NCBI RefSeq assembly: GCF_000016745.1
Contig: NC_009483.1
Coordinates: 3,870,001 to 3,902,000 of the forward strand
DNA length: 32,000 nucleotides
DNA from: Geotalea uraniireducens Rf4
GTDB taxonomy: Bacteria > Desulfobacterota > Desulfuromonadia > Geobacterales > Geobacteraceae
Reading direction: 5' to 3'
Shown: piece by piece, positions 28,610-32,000 of the stretch
Position numbering within the stretch: position 1 is the first letter of the stretch
Layout: each line of letters opens with the position of its first letter
The notes under the pieces: model-generated
Databases searched by the model: none
What the model saw: only the letters and a program-made list of their open reading frames with translations
Told to the model about the DNA's origin: nothing
Program-made: the position numbers and the translations under genes

Positions 28610-30688
28610 ATGAGCGAGAAATGGGCACGTTTTGTTGTTGTTCTGCTGCTGGTATTGCTCGTTGTCGGCAAAGGCTCCGCCGAAGCAGATACGGAGAACG
28701 GACCGATGCGGGCAAAGTTCAGGGAAGGAGCGCTGATCGTCAAATACAAGGAAGGGGTGACCGAAGAAACCAGGAGGCACAGCCGGGAACGGCACGGCTC
28801 TGTGCATAAGCGGGAGTTCAGCGGGCTGCGCATGGAGCGGGTGGGTATCGGCCAGGGCAGGACCGTCGCGGAGGCCGTCAAAGAGTACGAAATGGATGAC
28901 GACGTCGAATACGCCGAGCCGGATTATGTCGTCCGGGCGCTGGTAGTCCCCAACGATCCGAGATTTTCCAGCCTCTGGGGGCTTTCCGCAATCGCCGCGC
29001 CGGCCGCCTGGGATACAACTACAGGCAGCAGCAACGTGGTCGTCGCGGTGGTCGATACCGGTATCGATTACAACCACCAGGATATCAGGGCCAACATGTG
29101 GGTCAACCTGGCGGAGCTGAACGGCACGCCCGGCAAGGATAACGACGGCAATGGCGTCGTTGGGGATATTTACGGGTACAATGCCGTCAAGAACAACGGC
29201 AATCCGCTGGACGACAACGCCCATGGGACCCACGTGTCGGGGACCATCGGCGCGGTCGGCAACAACGGCATCGGGGTGACCGGCGTCAACTGGAACACGA
29301 AACTGATGGCATGCAAGTTCCTCGACGCCAGCGGCTCCGGCTATATATCGGATGCCATCGAGTGCTTCCAGTACGTCAAGGGAATGAAAGCACGCGGCGC
29401 GAATATCGTCGCAACCAACAACAGCTGGGGTGGAGGGGCCTATTCCCAGGCCCTCTACGACGCCATCAACGCACAGCGGGACATCCTCTTCATCGTCGCG
29501 GCGGGAAATGCCGGCACGAATAACGACACCACCGTGGCCTACCCCGCCGATTACGACCTGCCGAACCTGATCGCCGTTGCCGCCACCACCTCCGCGGACG
29601 GCCTGGCCGGGTTTTCCAACTACGGACGGCGGACGGTGCATGTGGGGGCGCCCGGTAACAGCATCCTGAGCACGGTACGCAACAATGGCTACGGCTACAT
29701 GTCGGGAACATCCATGGCGACCCCCCATGTTGCCGGACTGGCGGCGCTGCTCAAGGCAAATAACAGCGGCCTGGACTGGCGCGGGATCAGGAGCCTCATC
29801 CTCTCCACCGGCGACCAGATCAGCGCGCTGAACGGCAAGAGCGTCACTGGTCGGCGCATCAACGCCTTTCATGCGGTTACCTGCCAGGACAGCCGCCTGT
29901 TTTCCGTCCTGAAATATCCGGCCCGGATCACGGTGGGGGTACCGGCGACCCTCTCGGCCGTGAGCGTCAACTGTGCAACTCCGGCCGGCCCGGTCACCGT
30001 GTCGCTGTCCGGCGGCGAGGTCTTCCTGTTGCATGACGACGGGGTCGCTCCGGACCAGGCTGCCGGTGACGGCATATTCGCCACTGCCTACACGCCGACC
30101 CGCTCCTCCGAGGTCTTTTCCTTCTCATCGCCGGCCGGTAGCGAGACGATCGGCAACATTGCCCCCCTTGCCGTGACGACCTCCTCCCTGCCGGCCGCAA
30201 CGGTGGGAAGCTTCTACAGCCGGACCCTGACGGCGAGCGGCGGGGTGGTGCCGTACACCTGGAACATCAGCAGCGGTGCTCTCCCCGCCGGACTATCCCT
30301 GAACAGCGCGAGCGGGACAATTTCCGGCACACCGACGGCCTCCGGCAATTTCAGCTTCACCGTCCGGGTGACGGATAACAGGGGTGTCTCGGCAGTCAAG
30401 ACGCTGTCGCTGACCGTTTCCATCGCCACGTTGACCATCAACACGACGAGCCTGCCGCGGGCCACTCACGGCGTGTACTATTCCGTAACCATGGCAGCGA
30501 ACGGCGGCGTCAGGCCGTACACCTGGAGCATCAGCAGCGGCAGACTCCCGGCCGGACTCGCCCTCAACAGCTCAAGCGGGGTAATTTCCGGCACGCCGAC
30601 AACCTCCGGCAGATCCAGCTTCACCGTCCGGGTAACAGATACGCGGCGGAAAACGGCAAGCAGAAATCTCTCGATCACCGTCAACTGA
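28610..30688 (+). CDS. secreted S8 (subtilisin-family) serine peptidase with I9 propeptide and two C-terminal Ig-like repeats
   Basis: ATG 28610 follows AAAGGAGAGGAG. Signal peptide ARFVVVLLLVLLVVGKGSAEA. Catalytic triad in VAVVDTGID, HGTHVSGT and GTSMATPHVAG. There are two 88-aa repeats (30188-30451 and 30452-30685): LPxAT.G..YS.T..A.GG..PYTW.ISSG.LPAGL.LNS.SG.ISGTPT. Confidence 0.9.
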   Translation: MSEKWARFVVVLLLVLLVVGKGSAEADTENGPMRAKFREGALIVKYKEGVTEETRRHSRERHGSVHKREFSGLRMERVGIGQGRTVAEAVKEYEMDDDVEYAEPDYVVRALVVPNDPRFSSLWGLSAIAAPAAWDTTTGSSNVVVAVVDTGIDYNHQDIRANMWVNLAELNGTPGKDNDGNGVVGDIYGYNAVKNNGNPLDDNAHGTHVSGTIGAVGNNGIGVTGVNWNTKLMACKFLDASGSGYISDAIECFQYVKGMKARGANIVATNNSWGGGAYSQALYDAINAQRDILFIVAAGNAGTNNDTTVAYPADYDLPNLIAVAATTSADGLAGFSNYGRRTVHVGAPGNSILSTVRNNGYGYMSGTSMATPHVAGLAALLKANNSGLDWRGIRSLILSTGDQISALNGKSVTGRRINAFHAVTCQDSRLFSVLKYPARITVGVPATLSAVSVNCATPAGPVTVSLSGGEVFLLHDDGVAPDQAAGDGIFATAYTPTRSSEVFSFSSPAGSETIGNIAPLAVTTSSLPAATVGSFYSRTLTASGGVVPYTWNISSGALPAGLSLNSASGTISGTPTASGNFSFTVRVTDNRGVSAVKTLSLTVSIATLTINTTSLPRATHGVYYSVTMAANGGVRPYTWSISSGRLPAGLALNSSSGVISGTPTTSGRSSFTVRVTDTRRKTASRNLSITVN

Positions 30689-30709
30689 TTTTCCACCACA
30701 CAAAACGAA

Positions 30710-30761
30710 AAGCCCCCTGCTTCGTTACCCATCTGGGGCGGAGAGGGGGCTTACAATTTTT
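30710..30761 (+). terminator. terminator-like hairpin after the subtilase gene
   Basis: AAGCCCCCT at 30710-30718 pairs with AGGGGGCTT at 30744-30752 (25-nt loop), followed by ACAATTTTT. Confidence 0.5.
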
Positions 30762-30857
30762 CTTACGACTTGGGTTGTTACATTATGTGAGCAAAATGTT
30801 AAAGCAAGACCCCCCTGTGTCAGAATAGTTGTCGCCTCAGATGGGTTGTTTAGCCAC

Positions 30858-30915
30858 GGTCTTTCGAGCTGAATTGCAACGAGCGTAGCGAGCTTGCGAT
30901 TCAGCTCGAAAGACC
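30858..30915. repeat. 22-bp-stem hairpin upstream of the IS3 orfA
   Basis: GGTCTTTCGAGCTGAATTGCAA at 30858-30879 pairs with TTGCGATTCAGCTCGAAAGACC at 30894-30915. There is one T-G position and a 14-nt loop. Confidence 0.65.
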
Positions 30916-30976
30916 GGGACCGGCAAAAGCCGGCGACCCGTATTTTTTCAACATCTGGGGGCAGCAAGGATCTATA

Positions 30977-31510
30977 ATGACATACACACAAGGATTCAAA
31001 TCCAGCCTGGTTCGCAAGATGGCCTGCCCTAATGGCGTCTCGGCCTCAGCTCTATCCCGAGAAGTGGGAATTCCCCAACAATCACTCTCTCGCTGGCTTC
31101 GAGACGCAAATGTCGTGAATGAATCTGGTAACTCCCCAATTTCTGAAGCACCATGGAGAACAATGTCCCCAAAGCGCCCACAAGACAAGTCTGCCGAAGA
31201 AAAGCTCAAAATCGTCATCGAAGCCGAGACGGTTGCCGAAGATCAACTTGGCGCCTTCCTGCGTCGCAATGGAATTCATGAAGCACAGTTACGCGAGTGG
31301 CGCGCCATGATGCTTTCGGGGCTGCAAAAACCGTCTCGGCCTTCCTCAAAAACATCAGAGGAAACTCGCAAAATTCATGCACTGGAAAAAGAATTACTGC
31401 GCAAAGATAAAGCATTGGCCGAGGCCGCCGCGATTTTGATCCTCAAAAAAAAAGTCCAATCGATCTGGGGGGGCGAGGACGAGCCCACGGACAAGAGGAA
31501 CGGCAGATGA
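30977..31510 (+). CDS. IS3-family transposase OrfA (HTH plus leucine zipper)
   Basis: FKSSLVRKMACPNGVSASALSREVGIPQQSLSRWLRD helix-turn-helix. C-terminal coiled coil LEKELLRKDKALAEAAAILILKKK. Confidence 0.9.
   Translation: MTYTQGFKSSLVRKMACPNGVSASALSREVGIPQQSLSRWLRDANVVNESGNSPISEAPWRTMSPKRPQDKSAEEKLKIVIEAETVAEDQLGAFLRRNGIHEAQLREWRAMMLSGLQKPSRPSSKTSEETRKIHALEKELLRKDKALAEAAAILILKKKVQSIWGGEDEPTDKRNGR
31445..31453 (+). promoter_or_regulatory. A9 slippery run for programmed -1 frameshifting (OrfA-OrfB fusion)
   Basis: Zero-frame codons AAA AAA AAA (KKK) form an A AAA AAA heptamer. The -1 frame is open from 31444 into orfB (QKKSPIDLGGRGRAHGQEERQMIGQ...). Confidence 0.6.
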
Positions 31511-32000
31511 TCGGGCAACTTATTGAAGAGGCAACCCATTCCGGAGCGAGACTTGAATCGGCCGTTGTCGCCATCGGGCTGAGCATTCGCACGTTCCAGC
31601 GTTGGAATCTCCAGGATGACGGAGCAGATCGGCGACATGGGCCAGTCGCAGAACCGGCGAACAAGCTGGCTCCGTCGGAGCGGCAGAACATCATCGATAT
31701 TGCAAACTCCCCGGCGTTTCGGGATATTTCGCCGAAACAGATCGTGCCGCAATTGGCCGATCAGGGAATATACGTGGCGTCGGAATCGAGTTTCTACCGG
31801 GTGCTCAAAGACGATGGGCTGATGACTCACCGGGAACCCTCCCGGCCCGCCACCAGCCGCAAGCCAAAAGAACATGTGGCTACCGGTCCTTGCCAGGTCT
31901 GGTCATGGGACATCACCTACTTGAAGAGCCCGATTCTTGGGCAGTTCTTTTATCTCTACATGATCATGGATGTCTGGAGCCGCAAGATCGTAGCGTCCAC
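31507..32000 (+). CDS. IS3-family transposase OrfB (DDE/rve integrase core), 3' end outside the window
   Basis: My own translation from ATG 31507: MIGQLIEEATHSGARLESAVVAIGLSIRTFQRWN...PCQVWSWDITYLKSPILGQFFYLYMIMDVWSRKIVAS, which includes the first catalytic D region. It is absent from the ORF track because there is no stop inside the window. Confidence 0.9.
   Translation, partial: MIGQLIEEATHSGARLESAVVAIGLSIRTFQRWNLQDDGADRRHGPVAEPANKLAPSERQNIIDIANSPAFRDISPKQIVPQLADQGIYVASESSFYRVLKDDGLMTHREPSRPATSRKPKEHVATGPCQVWSWDITYLKSPILGQFFYLYMIMDVWSRKIVAS

Larger units (their letters stand above)
30977..32000 (+). mobile_element. IS3-family insertion sequence, minimum extent (left IR somewhere in 30770-30976; right part beyond the window)
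   Basis: OrfA/OrfB organisation with an ATGA overlap and an A9 slippery run. The inverted repeats cannot be defined without the right end. Confidence 0.8.

Noticed and set aside
1-32000. CRISPR arrays, rRNA/tRNA genes, prophage or defence operons
   Set aside because: There are no short regularly spaced direct repeats and no cas-like, RT, nuclease-NTPase or toxin-antitoxin-like gene pairs. The only phage-associated fold is the isolated KilA-N protein.

Overview
A 32-kb chromosomal segment that looks Geobacter/Desulfuromonadales-like. That assignment is inferred from gene content only: GGDEF, PilZ and MCP genes, a GEMM-type leader, GC-rich genes and strong GGAGG ribosome-binding sites. I can support about 29 protein genes.

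In order they are: a BaeS/BaeR-like two-component pair whose kinase is frameshifted, trmL, an envelope cluster (Tim44-like, PLDc_N, small secreted protein, HD), PilZ, a class II aldolase, a Na,K-ATPase-like P-type pump, selU and a lower-GC KilA-N islet. These are followed by DUF2156, a large lipoprotein, DUF4149, nudC, a GGDEF-ArsR-methyltransferase module, an MCP, qor-acyl-CoA dehydrogenase, an aldehyde dehydrogenase, a PP2C phosphatase, a secreted S8 subtilase and a truncated IS3-family element at the right edge. I saw no rRNA, tRNA or CRISPR array.

I did not find a convincing new multi-gene protein system; there is no defence-like operon. What the genes do not explain is non-coding:
- A c-di-GMP-I (GEMM-I) riboswitch leader sits in front of the subtilase.
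- Two copies of a 169-bp palindromic MITE, differing by 2 mismatches and in inverted orientation, bracket the 3.06-kb GGDEF-ArsR-methyltransferase module. Both outward transcripts would therefore end in the same RNA.
- A roughly 115-nt multi-helix core occurs twice, upstream of two secreted-protein genes, with a compensatory stem change. One copy is nested in a TIR-bounded element that has a core-less third copy.
- A 216-bp dyad-symmetric four-hairpin element is flanked by 11-bp direct repeats.

All homology statements are hand alignments from memory; nothing was searched.
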